Part shown: positions 24,976 to 37,386 of the stretch, piece after piece | Position numbering within the stretch: position 1 is the first letter of the stretch | Layout of the letters: each line of letters starts with the position of its first letter | Assembly (NCBI GenBank): GCA_951406725.2 | Contig: OX597840.1 | Location: forward strand, 14,260,001-14,324,000 | Source: Octopus vulgaris | Taxonomy: Eukaryota | Reading direction: 5' to 3' | Length of the DNA stretch: 64,000 bases | Notes under the pieces: model-generated | What the model saw: only the letters and a program-made list of their open reading frames with translations | Databases searched by the model: none | What the model was told of the DNA's origin: nothing | Program-made: the position numbers and the translations under genes

Positions 24976-25709
24976 ATGCTGGCTAAGACATACGGCAGTC
25001 GATCACCCCCACCTCTGTCCTCCCTGTTATCGCCATCCTCTTCCTCCACCGCCTCCGCCGCGTCATCATCACTATCGTCATCATCAGCAATAGCAGCAGC
25101 GAGGTCAACAGCCCGATCAGCAGCGGCGGCCGCAGCAGCAGCACTGGCCGCCTCCGGCGCAGCCATAGCGCCCCCTCCACCCCCACCTCCTCCTCCCCCG
25201 CTTCCGCCAGTATCGGCAGCTGTCTTACCGCCCCATCCACCCCCACTGCAGCCGGGGGTGCCGGCGACGACGACCACCACTACCACAGAACAACAGTGGT
25301 ACATCGATCAAGAGTTATTGATTGTGGCCGCCATCTGTTCGACTCTTATCTCCGTCACTGGACTTGTGATGGCGTCCATGCTGTGCAACTGGTGTTTCGG
25401 CCGGAAGCGAGGTCGCGGCCGTGGAGGGAAGAACAGCGGTTCGGGCGGCGGTGCGGGCGGTGCGTCAGGCTTCGCTGCCGGCGATGATGACGACGACGAC
25501 GAGGAACAGGCCAAGCTGAACGATTACCGGCCGGTGCCATATGGAGGGGCGGACGACTGTAGCCGAAGTAGTGTAAGGAACGGCTACACGCCGAACGGCA
25601 GCCCGTCCCAGGACGGAGGCGGCAGCAGTTTGGCGTCCGGTGACACGGCCAGCTGTTCGAGTACGCAGAAGTTGACATCGGTCGGCAAGAAGAACAAGAA
25701 GACCATGAG
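24976..25709 (+). CDS. Coding exon of a single-pass membrane protein, probably synaptotagmin-7-like (N-terminal extension, TM helix, Cys cluster, start of cytoplasmic linker); C2 domains not found in window
   Basis: Polypyrimidine tract + CAG acceptor ending 24973, ATG at 24976, open frame to the AG|GTAAGT donor (GT at 25710, phase 2). GC/CpG-rich against an AT-rich background. ELLIVAAICSTLISVTGLVMASMLCNWCFGRKRGR resembles recalled vertebrate SYT7 [33 protein letters not shown]. The exon is well supported; the family assignment is less certain. Confidence 0.75.
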
Positions 25710-26099
25710 GTAAGTGTCCTTTACGTCACAGGATCACGTGGGTAGTACGGAAGGTGTGGGAGGGGGTGTTTGTTTATTGGTGGTGGGCGTGATTGGATAG
25801 GTGTGCCTGTGGATGTGGTCGTAGTGATGTGGGGTGGTGGTGGTGGTGGGTAAAGATGGTGTGTTTTGGTGATGGAGACGGTAGTGGTGGTGGCGTGTAT
25901 GGTGTGTTTGTGTTGGCGGTAATGATGGTTGTGTTGTTGTGTATATGTATGTAGGGGTATTAAAGGGGTGAGGTTGTAGCAGTGACTGTGGGGGGGGGAT
26001 GTTTTGAATGATAGTGGGAAGGGTGGGAGGAATTGTGTGGTGGTGGGGAAGGGTGGGAGGAGTTGTGTGTTATGAAGTGCACTGAAGCATGTAGTAGTT

Positions 26100-26440
26100 A
26101 AAGAGAAAGAGAGGAGGAGAGGACAGTCAGAGAGAGAAAGAGAAAAAGAGAGAAAACGAAAGAGAGAGAGGAGAAGTGAGAGAGAGAAAGAGAGTGAGAG
26201 AGAGAGAGAAAGAAAAAGAGAGTGAGAAAGACGGAAAGAGAAAAAGAGTGAGAAAGTGAGAGAGAAGGAAAGGAAGAGGGGAAAGTGAGAGGGTAAAGTG
26301 AGAGAGAGAGAAAGATAGTGAGAAAGAAGGAAAGAGAGAAAGAAAGAAAGGGAGAAAGACAGAGAGAAACATTGGATTTGGGATTGAGGATGAAGGAAAA
26401 GTGAAGGGAAGAGGGAAAAGAAAGGAGGAGGGGGAAGGGA
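26100..26440 (+). repeat. ~340-bp polypurine (GA-rich) low-complexity tract
   Basis: Almost only A/G on the + strand. Confidence 0.9.
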
Positions 26441-26878
26441 AACCTCAATCATAGCAATAAAAAAAATCAACAAAATAACAGAACATCCCCCACCCCCACC
26501 ACCACCAAGTGTTTTGTGTTTGTGTTTTTGTGTGTCAGTGTAGGCATTGTTGTTGTTGTGTGTGTTTTAATAGTTTTTGTGTGTCTTTTGTGATTTTCAT
26601 TGTTGTTGTCTCAGTAAGTGGGAGTATATATAGGTGTATGTGGGTGTATATCTTTACCTGTGTACCAATGTGTCTGTGTGTGTGTGTATGCACATGTACA
26701 AGGACATACATAAATTGATGCTCAGAGTCAAGTATAAATAAATATATAACATTGTGAATATACGTTCAGTTTTATGTAATTATACATACATCTCTTTCTT
26801 TCTCTGTCTATCTATATATATCTATATGTCTCTCTCTCTCTCTTTCTCTGTCTGTTTTTCTCACTTTTCTATCTACCC

Positions 26879-26926
<48 letters not shown>

Positions 26927-27457
26927 GTCTACCTATCTATCTATCTACCTATTTACCAATTTATGTGTATCTATCTATCTATCTTTCCATCTATTTACCT
27001 ATCATCTGTCTGTCTATCTGTCTATCTATCTTTCTATCTGTTTATCTATCTGTGATTTCATTGACCGAGGTTACCGTGGTCTTTTCCGTAGGCTTTTCTT
27101 TCCTCGAGTAAACCTCACCTGTCCTCCCCTTTACACTTCCTATTGACGTTTCTGTGATTATGATCCCTATTGATCAACTTTTTTTTCCTCTCCCCTTTTC
27201 TTTTTTTTCCCTCTCCCCCTCCCTTTTTAAAAAATCCTCCCCTTTTTTTGTCCTCTTTCTCTCCTTTTACGATTCCTTTTGATCGAAAACCAACCCCCTC
27301 TTTTTTACCCCCAAAAAGAAAAGCTATACCTTGTAATTTGTCCCCTCTGTGTGCAGCCCTGTGTGGCTAATAAAGAAACATATCTATTTACCAATCTATC
27401 TGTCTGTCTGTCTATCTATCTATCATACAACAAACAGGACAGATACAACTCTCTGCA

Positions 27458-27500
<43 letters not shown>

Positions 27501-27828
27501 CCTCTGTTGTTATTTTTAAGTCGCAAAAAGTTACAAAAGTGATTCATATGTCAAGAGTTTAATGCATGGCATTTATCAAACTCATATATCATCATCAACA
27601 TCATTTAACGTCCACTTTCCATGCTGGCATGGGTTGGACGACCGAGAACTGGCAGGACGCGAGGCTACACCAGGCTCCAGTCTGATCTAGCAAGGTTTCT
27701 ACAGCTGGATGCCCTTCTTAATGCAAACCACTCCGAGGGTATAGTTTTTATGTGCCACTGGCATGGGTGCCAGTCAGGCAGCACTAGCATTGGCCATGCT
27801 CAAATGATGCTTTATATATATATATATG

Positions 27829-27864
<36 letters not shown>

Positions 27865-27929
27865 GATACATACATACACACAGAAACACACACACATATA
27901 TATATACATATATATACATATGTATATAC

Positions 27930-27960
<31 letters not shown>

Positions 27961-28210
27961 GATACGCATACATATATACATGTATATACTCACACATACA
28001 TATATACATGTATATACATATATATATATATATATATCATTATCATTTAATGTCTTGTGAGCATGGGTTCAACAGGTTTGATCACAGCTGGTAAGGTTAG
28101 GGTCCACACCAGGCTCTGTTGTCTGTTGTGGCATGGTTTTACAGATGGATGCCCTTCCTAAATCCAACAACTTCAATGAGAGTATTTGGTGCTTTTTATG
28201 TGGCACCAGC

Positions 28211-28256
<46 letters not shown>

Positions 28257-28623
28257 GTTAAAGTAATTTCTATAGATATTCTATTGAAATTACAGCTAGC
28301 ACTGATTTTTGCTGCAGTGTTTCATATAAAAAATGTCAGAGGTAAACAAACAAACAATGAGTTCTATTATAAAAAATGGGTAATGTGTGTGTGTGTGTGG
28401 GGGGGTTACCCCTTCCTCAGCATGCATCTAATCCATTAACCATCCTCGTGCACATTGCTTAAATAGACACTATATATAGCAGTGTAACGTTTTTGGATAT
28501 ACCAATTTACGTATTAAATGTATTCCTGGAAGCTGGTATGAAAGTAATAGTGATTGGTAGGTATTTGGTATTTCGTTATGCAACTATGATATTAACTGTT
28601 TTTATAAGTCATACAAATCATTA

Positions 28624-28658
<35 letters not shown>

Positions 28659-29261
28659 TCATCATCATCATCATTTAGCGTCCGCTTTCCATGCTAGCAT
28701 GGGTTGGACGGTTCAACTGGGGTCTGTGAAGCCAGAAGGCTGCATCAGGCCCAGTCTGATCTGGCAGTGTTTCTATGGCTGGATGCCCTTCCTAACGCCA
28801 ACCACTCCGTAAGTGTAGTGGGTGCTTTTTATGTGCCATCCGCACAGGTGCCAGACAGAGCTGGCAAACAGCCACGGACGGATGGGGCTTTTTATGTGCC
28901 ACCGGCATGGAGGCCAGTCGGGGCGGCGCTGGCAATGGCCATGATCGGATGGTTCGCTTACTTGTCATCGGCACTAGTATCACAGCTGCAATTTCCATTG
29001 ATGTTGATCGACTTCGATTTTGGTTCTGCTTTCTGATATCTGATTTGATTTGGGTTGATTTTGATTTTCACTTGCCTCAACGGGTCTTCACAAGTGGAGT
29101 TTTGTGTCCCAAGAAGGAAAGGTATGTATAAGTCGACTGGCTACATACCAGGTAGAGGCCATGGGTTATGGTCTCACTAGTCTTGCCGTGTCTTCTCACA
29201 CACAGCATACTTCCATAGGTCTCGGTCTCTAGTCATTTCCTTGGTGAGACCTAAAGTTCGA
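28659..29261 (-). mobile_element. 5'-truncated RTE LINE: ORF C-terminus, 3' UTR and (GAT)n tail; UTR-only copies at 27588-27810 and 29293-29600
   Basis: Minus strand RTLGLTKEMTRDRDLWKYAVCEKTRQD*, then UTR containing GGTTGGCGTTAGGAAGGGCATCCAGCC. Confidence 0.8.
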
Positions 29262-29617
29262 ATATATATATATATATATAAAAGTTCGAATATCATCATC
29301 ATCGTTTAACGTCCGTTCTCCATGCTAGCATGGGTTGGACGGTTTGACCGGGGATCTGGGGAGCCAGAAGGCTGCACCAGGCTCCGGTCTTATCTGGCAA
29401 TGTTTCTACAGCTGGATGCCCTTCCTAATGCCAACCACTCCGTGAGTGTAGTGGGTGCTTTTTACGTGCCACCTGCACTGGTGCCAGGCGAGGCTGGCAT
29501 AGGCCATGGTCTGATTGGTGCATTTTACGTGCCACCTGCACGGAAGCCAGTCGAGGCGGCACTGGCTTCGGCCACGATTCGGATGGTCCTTTTTACGAAT
29601 ATATATATATATATATA

Positions 29618-30480
29618 CTAGACTACCCCTGATCCATTGGGTCACTGGAAAACTCTGAGTTTCCCAGCAATGAAGTTTTGTTTCATGGGTTTTTTTCTTT
29701 TCCAGTTTATTTTGCATGCTTTCAACGAATGTGACATCAAAATCAAGCATAATTTCTTGCACGTCCTGCTACCATGTAACAAGTATTTCAGGTCTTTTAC
29801 CACAAATAGCTGTTATGTCGTAGCAGGGCGTGCTAGAAATAGCTGCCAAACCTTTGGGGTTGAGATATGTTGAATGTACTCAAAAAAAACCTATGGAAAA
29901 AAGCTATTTCACACCAAGGTTACGAATGGGGTTTTTTTACAAAATATTTACCATATTTTTAAAGTCATTTTCACTTCAAAATATTTTTTAAATATGCTAA
30001 AAAAACATTTGTAATAATAATTTAAAAAACATTAAAATATTGTCAGTTTAAAGAAAACTAAAATATAAATACTTACCATACAAACAGCTTACATTTTTGA
30101 AATCACATTCACTTAAAAAGTATTTCTGAATGATTAAAATATTGTGTTTAACAAAAGTGAAAATAGAAACATTTACTGTAAAAAAAACTCATAATTTTTT
30201 GTTTTCTAATCACTGTGTCTAATAGACAGATAGGAGCTTTTTCCCTTTCGGGAGGAAGATTATTTTCAGAATATTTTCCCATTATGCGTTGTTTTGGGTA
30301 TTTATACCCGCAAATCTCTAATATCTTTAAAACTATTGTCCAATTTGCATGAAACTTGCTTTATTCCATTTGTATTAACATTTCAGGGTAAACTTAATTC
30401 ATAGTATCTTCCCATTATCTACCAGTTTGGCTGGGTAACATTGCAAGCAAGATTCAGACTGACTTTTAATGTATTATAGA
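29618..30480 (-). mobile_element. Non-autonomous Helitron-like element
   Basis: Minus strand starts A|TCTATAAT at 30480 and ends hairpin TGACCCAATGGATCA + 8 nt + CTAG|T at 29618 within (TA)n. Confidence 0.55.
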
Positions 30481-30614
30481 TATATAGGTATGAAGAACCA
30501 CTGATGAGAGTTAAGGTGCTCTACCCCAAAATTTGAAATCATGATACAGCTATATACACTATGGACATAACTCCTTTTGTCAGTCATTAAGTGTAGTGCT
30601 TTAGTGGCTTTGAA

Positions 30615-30735
30615 GTGACCGCGTGTGTACCGTTGGCAATTATATTTTCCTCCGTCTTCCCTTCTTTGGATCTTCTGACGAAGAGCTCTGCGTGAATCGT
30701 TAAACCCTCCTTGTTTCCTTCTTTCCTGAGCGTCC
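30615..30735 (+). mobile_element. Second, decayed copy of the hammerhead-bearing element at 34520-34725
   Basis: Shares GTGACC.CGTGTGTACCGTTGGC.AT, CTGACGAAGAGCTCTGCGTGAATCGTTAAACCCTCC and CCTGAGCGTCCA. Confidence 0.7.
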
Positions 30736-30943
30736 ACACAAAGGGGACAAACAAGGATAGACAAATGGATTAAGTCGATTATATCAACCCCAGTGCATAA
30801 CTGGTACTTATTTAATTGATCCCGAAAGGATGAAAGGCAAAGTTGACCTCGGTGGAATTTGAACTCAGAACATAGTGGCAGATGAAATACCGCTAAGCAT
30901 TTCGCCTAGCGTGCTAATGTTTCTGCTAGCTTCTCCCTTCATT

Positions 30944-31356
30944 GGAGGCTTTTAGCACAATACGGGGACAGTGCACAACTGCATAGAATTGTGTATGAAT
31001 GGACTGAGAAGTTTAAAAGTGGTCAGACAAGTGTGACTCACGAAGAGGGAATAGGATGGCCATCAACCTCCACCACTGACAAAGAAGATTCAACAAACTT
31101 GAGAGATGATAATGGTGAACCAGGTTACAATTTCCATCTCTCAGATCACTGCTCTTTGTTCTTCTTTGGTGCACATTGCTAATGGAGTGGCCATGCTTAC
31201 ACTGTAAAGCCAGAAGGAAAAATGGCGCTAACTGGCTCAAGCTTCAATCACGTGACCACAATAATACCAACTATAAGCACGCAAGCCCAGAAGGCAGTGC
31301 AACAATAATAAAGATATGCTATGTTGAAAGTGCAGATAATTTTTGACTTGCCCTTG
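30944..31356. mobile_element. Rearranged mariner 5' fragment
   Basis: Plus strand RLLAQYGDSA..VYEWTEKFKSGQTSV..GWPSTSTTD. Minus strand TA|CAAGGGCAAGTCAAAAATTATCTG TIR-like end and MATPLAMCTKEEQRAVI. Confidence 0.7.
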
Positions 31357-31663
31357 TATATTTTCATTTTCCTCTGTTTTCCATGCAAGCATGGGTTGGA
31401 TGATTAGACAGAATCCAACTGGTTGAAAGAGCACTTCTGGCACCATAGTCTCAGTTTTGGGTTCCTCGTTTATTTTTTCCTTTTTTTTCTTACTTTTGTT
31501 TTTTCATGATAAAAAGACAGATGTGAACGTGTGTTTCTTTGCACCTCAACAGGCATGATCTGCAGCTGCAGTTGAGCTGCATTAACACTGAGGCACGTAT
31601 GACTTAAACACTTAGAAAATGAGTAGAGAACGTTTATGGCCTGGCTTAGTATAATTTGCACAT

Positions 31664-31968
31664 CAGTGGTTCCCAAACATTTATGGGGCTACTGCCCCCT
31701 TGACACCCAGGCCACATTCCTAGTGCCCCCAGCCGAACTATCACAAACATGCACCCCTTTCTGAAGCAAATCCAAAGCAACATTATTTCACAAATAAAAC
31801 TTAATCTAATGAACCCATTATTTTGTTTTTACATGAACCACTTCCCCATTATCGCCCCACTTTTTTATATGAATCACTCCCCCATTATCACCCCAATTTT
31901 CTTCAACGACCCCTTGGAACTTCCCACTGACCCCATTGTGGAAATACCACCCACTTTGGAAACCACTG
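31664..31968. mobile_element. hAT (Charlie-like) MITE
   Basis: TIRs CAGTGGTTCCCAAA / TTTGGAAACCACTG; TSD not clean. Confidence 0.7.
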
Positions 31969-34154
31969 ATTTATACGATTCAAATGAAAATCAACAAACA
32001 CAAATAACTCAGCCTCTTCTTATAAATTATGCAATGTGTGTGTGTGTGTGTGTGTGTGTGTCTGTGTGTGTGTGTGTGTATATACATAAACAATGTGGGA
32101 TGAAACCAGACTAAGAGATTCACGTCAATCTAAATGTCTATTAACATGTGTCTCTTAAATTTAATATTTAATTTGTATCTCTTCCTGATTTTGTTTTCTG
32201 CGTCTCATTGTTTAAATTACACTATTTGCATTCAAAATTCAATATTTTCGTATGAATTTATTGACCACTCATCTAAAGTGTTCTACACATGCACACACAC
32301 ACACACACACACATGCACACGTCTTATAATCACTTCCAGTTCTTGTTTATATATTTTGTGTTATAGAATAGGAGGTGCTCAAATTACAGAAAGACAGTGA
32401 ATGTGGCATTAGAATTATACATGATTGCCCACCACTTTCCATGTTTCATAGTTACATGTATTAAAATGCATACATTTATATGTGTGTGTGTATGTACATG
32501 TGGGCGGAGGGGGAGTTCCATAAAATGAATTTCTATCTACTTCAACAATGAGAATTCAGTTTCATCAAATGAATTAGCTGCTTATAAGTCAGTGAGTGGC
32601 TGAGTATTCCGCAGACATGTGTCCAGTTGTCTTTGGTAGAATCACACACACACACACACATACTCACACACATACAAGCTAGTTGAGTGTGATTTGAGAA
32701 AGATTTGGTTTTTATTTTTAGCAGGTCAGTCTATTGCATGGAGACTCTGTCATGGTTATTATTACTATTTTTATGATGTAAATAATTCAAAGACAGTTCT
32801 GTCTGATTCTTATGAAATTCTTTCTCTATTGACGTCAGAGTTTTCTTACAGTAATTAGGAAATAGTTGGAGAATGGTGTCTGGTACAAATTGTCTCATCA
32901 ACAATGAACCATAATCTGTGATCTTTTAAATAAGCTTCGGATGTCCAATGCAATTTACAAATTCACATGTTAGCTTGACTGTTGTAAACATCACAACTCT
33001 ATTTCATTGGACATAAAAATACTGCATTTTCACACCTGTTGACTGTGCATGCCACATGCTGAATAAACGTTACTTGCTATATTCATCATATCTTCAATGT
33101 ACTCTAACCATCTAGAACCAGTAGCACCTTGTATTCACAAGATTCTGGGCCAGTAGTTTGCAAGGCATCATTCCGCAGAGGATGTAACAGAGTTTTAGCT
33201 GAAAAGACTGCAGCCATGTAAATTGAAGTGTCTTGCCCCAGGACACAATGTACTGCATGGCCCAGGAATTGAACCTAAGACTTTATGATCACAAGTTCAA
33301 ATGTCTAATCACCTAGCCATGAACCTTCACAGCACTTTATTTTTAGAATGACATTTTTGGGTAGGTGCGAGAGCCCAGATCAGGTTGGTATGAACATAAA
33401 ACAAGTAAAATGTTTGGGCCAGATGTAACCTGTTTAAACACTAAAGGGTTAACAGATGATGATGATGATGATGATGATTGATTGATGGTGGTGGTGGTGG
33501 TGGCAGCGGCAACCATTACATTAAAAGTCTCCCAGAAACTAAAAATTTAGTCATGGAAGCTAACATAATTAACAAATTCATTTGCAGACTTTGTAGCAAA
33601 TTTAATGATTTGAATTCTTAAATTAGCCATCTGTACAAATATTATATTTTCCCACTGTCTTTACCACAAGATTCACCATTTCACCACAGTATTCAACTGT
33701 GACAATATTTTACATTATCAAAAGCTGTATCAACTAACACACAGCAAGAGAACACAAGTTTAGTATAACATAATGTGGAATATTAAATTACTATAAATGA
33801 CTGATACTCTACTTTTATTAAAATGAGGTAAACATTGTCAAACAGTGTTCACTAAAATAAAGACAAGAGAGGAAACGTGGCCACAGCTCTGAGCTGAAAC
33901 TAGAGAGAAAAAAATGAAGATATTTGATGAGTTCATGTATAATGAGTCCCAAATATGAGGCCACCTCCACAAAAACATAAGAGGAGAAGTTACATGAAAG
34001 TGGTATAATTTACACATATATATATATATATATATATATACACGACACACACGCATATGGTGAATTTATGGAATGAAGACCCATAAAACTCATCAATTTT
34101 GTTAAAAATGGAAGAGACAAGTTGTTAAAATATATAAGAAGTTTAATTCTTGGA

Positions 34155-34301
34155 GATGATCATTTTGTACTGTGATATAATGATGCAAATTCATGATTAA
34201 ATTAAATTAAATTATGTTAATTACATATCAACATAATTAATGTAATTAATTTAATTTAATCATGAATTTGCATTATTATATCTCTGTACAAAACGATCGT
34301 C
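34155..34301. repeat. Foldback palindrome, ~55-65-bp arms
   Basis: GATCATTTTGTAC..GATATAATGATGCAAATTCATGATTAAATTAAATTAA is mirrored by TTAATTTAATTTAATCATGAATTTGCATTATTATATC..GTACAAAACGATC. Confidence 0.88.
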
Positions 34302-34405
34302 TGCAAACTCTCAGCAAAGCATGAAGAATCAACATTAGAAATCTTTTTGGGAATTCTCCAAATTAAAGGACGAATCCACATTCGAACTTTATACACTTAT
34401 ATATA

Positions 34406-34461
<56 letters not shown>

Positions 34462-34591
34462 ATTTTCAAGCAATGATGTGGGAACAGACACATAAACATA
34501 TATATATATATATTCAAAATGTGACCTCGTGTGTACCGTTGGCGATTTTTTTTCCTCTGTCTTCCTTTCTTTGGATCTCTCCTTTTCCTAT

Positions 34592-34626
34592 GTTTCTGAT
34601 GAAGAGCTTTGCTCGAAACGTTAAAC
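34592..34626 (+). ncRNA. Minimal type I hammerhead ribozyme motif with intact core
   Basis: GTTT-CTGATGA-A-GAGC(TTT)GCTC-GAAAC-GTT-AAAC: stem I GTTT/AAAC, stem II GAGC/GCTC, loopless palindromic stem III (ACGT), predicted cleavage after GUU at 34622. Confidence 0.7.
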
Positions 34627-35629
34627 CCTCCTTCTTTCCTGAGCGTCCAATAACACTATATTTGTTCCACGTCCTCGCGTTGTTATGTTTTCTCTTTGTG
34701 TTTTCATGTTTTGATTAACTTTATATATATATGTTTATGAGTCTGTGTTTGTCCCACATCATTGCTTGACAATTAATGTTGGTGTGTTTATGTCCCTGTA
34801 ACTTAGAGGTTCGACAAAAGAGACCGGTGGAATAAGTACTAAGCTTAAAAAGAATAAGTCCTGGGATCAATTTGTTCGACTAAATGCAGTGCTCCAGTGT
34901 GGCCACAGTCAAATGACTGAAACAAATACAGGAATAAAAGAATATATTTATATCTATATATATAGATATATATATATTTGTGTTTGTGTGGTTTTGAGTA
35001 TGTGTTTATCCACCACCACTGCATGACAACTGGTGTTGGTCTGTTTACATCCCTGTAACTTAGCAGTTTGGGCAAATAGGCCGATAGAATAAGTACTGGA
35101 ATCAATTTGTTTGACTCAAAATTCTTCAACTTGATGCTCCAGCATGACCACAGTCTGATGACTATAACAAATAAAAAAATAAAGCTAAAAAATAAGAAAT
35201 AGATTTGTAAAGTTTCATGGTTCTAAGTTTTATATTGGACAGACAAATACTGCATTGTCCTGGCAATTGTCTATGCATATATGACAACATATTGGCTGCC
35301 AGAAGCCATGACAATCATTTACAGAGCTATTTCAGGAACTAAAAGACTTCTGAGGGAAATGAATGTAATTTATTTCATTATTCCTGACAATTGTAATGCT
35401 TAGTGAGTCTAACTATTATAGTGGACATACAAACACCACATTGTCTTATTGTCTGACCATGCATTTACTCTAACAAAATAACATATTTAGAATTCCTGCA
35501 AAAGGTAGGATGCTCCTGAATGGATGGAATTTGATTTGTCACAAACTCAAAAGGCAAACATCACATAAAACTTGTTGATTCTAACTGTTATATATTGGAC
35601 ATGCAAATATCATACTTGCCTGCTGGCTG

Positions 35630-35717
35630 CATGTGTGTGCCTCTGTGTGTGTGTGTGTGTTTGTGCATACATATGTGCATGTGTGTGTGTGTGTGTGTGT
35701 TTGTGCATACATATGTG

Positions 35718-35753
<36 letters not shown>

Positions 35754-35825
35754 TGCATACATATGTGCATGTGTGTGTGTGTGTTTGTGCATACATATGT
35801 GCATGTGTGTGTGTGTGCATACATG
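35630..35825. repeat. Compound minisatellite [TTTGTGCATACATATGTGCA(TG)n] x3-4
   Basis: Unit repeated with variable TG spacers. Confidence 0.85.
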
Positions 35826-35979
35826 CAGGTGCATGCACGTGTGTCCTTTTGTAAATATTAGCTGATATAATTTATATATATTATATATATATATATATGT
35901 GTGTGTATATATATATATGTATATATATGTATATATGTATTTATAAGTATGTATATGTATGTATGTGTGTGTGTGTATG

Positions 35980-36027
<48 letters not shown>

Positions 36028-36081
36028 TAAAATTTACTTGGAAAAGGATGTGCGGCGTTCGATCATATAATATAATATAAA

Positions 36082-36134
<53 letters not shown>

Positions 36135-36934
36135 ACATACATGTATGTATGTAACCATGTATGTATGTGTGTATGTGCATGTATACATATACATGCATTC
36201 ACGTAATTCCCCCACAAAACTTTTAATTCTTCCAGGAAGATAAAGTGATTTTTCTGACAAATTCATGAACAAACATAAAAGTTGTCAATATTATGATTTT
36301 AACTTATATCTGACATGCAAATATTATATTTCCTGCCAAGTGACTATGTATCTATTATAAAATATTGGTTTATTCCACCAATAACTCTCATTTATAGAAT
36401 TCTCTCAAAATACTTTAAGATTCATGGAAGCTAATATAATTTATTACAAATTAATGAGCAAACATGAAAGTTATAAGCGTTCATAATACTTAATATTAGG
36501 TTAAGCTGTTATATTGAAAAAGAAAAATACTGATTGATGTCCTGACTTTCTTAATCTCTTTGATACTTATGCCCCTGCAACACTTCTTTGATTTCTTTGA
36601 TGCAAAAAAACTTTACACTTTAAAGTAATTTATCTCTGAACTTATGAGCTGAGGAAGTATTGCTTGTTATATACAGTGGATTGGCAAAACCATTTGAGCT
36701 TTGGAAAAAGATTTTGCAGTGTTTTTTCAAGCTTTTTTTTATATTCTGGGTTTAAATCTTGGTGAGGTCAACTTTGCTTTTCATCTTTCTGGAGTTAATA
36801 ACATAATGTACCAGTCATGTACTGGTGTTGTTGTAATTGACTGAACCACCTCCTGTCAAGGCTGCTGACTCCAAGCCTAAATAATAATAATAATAATTAT
36901 AATAATAAAAATAATAATAATAAGAAGAAGAATG

Positions 36935-37386
36935 ATCCTTTCTACTGTAGGCACAAGGCCTAAAATTTGGGAGAAGGAACTAAATTGATTACATCGACCC
37001 TAGTGTATAACTGGTACTTATTTAATCAACCCCCAAAAGAATGAAAGACAAAGTTGACCTCGGTGGAATTTGAACTCAGAATGTAGTGACAGATTAAATA
37101 CTGCTAAGCATCTCACCTGGCGTGCTAACGATTCTGCCAGATCAACACCTTCATAATAATATTAATGATAATGGATTCAAATTTTGCCACAAGGGCAGCA
37201 GTTTCGTGGAAAGGGATGAGTTGATTACATTGACCCCAGTGTTCAACTGGTACTTATTTCATCAACTCTGAAAGGATGAAAAGTAAAGTCAACCATACTG
37301 GAATTTGAACTCGGATGTAAAGACTCACAAAATGCCACAAAGCATTTTTCCCAGTGTACTAACGACTCTGCCAGCTTGCTGCCTTA
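36935..37386 (-). mobile_element. Two adjacent SINE B copies between (TAA)n tracts
   Basis: Reverse-complement cores at 36935-37152 and 37175-37386. Confidence 0.75.

Noticed and set aside
24942-25678. Minus-strand and alternative-frame ORFs over the exon
   Set aside because: Shadow ORFs of GC-rich sequence; splice signals and the TM motif support only the + frame from 24976.
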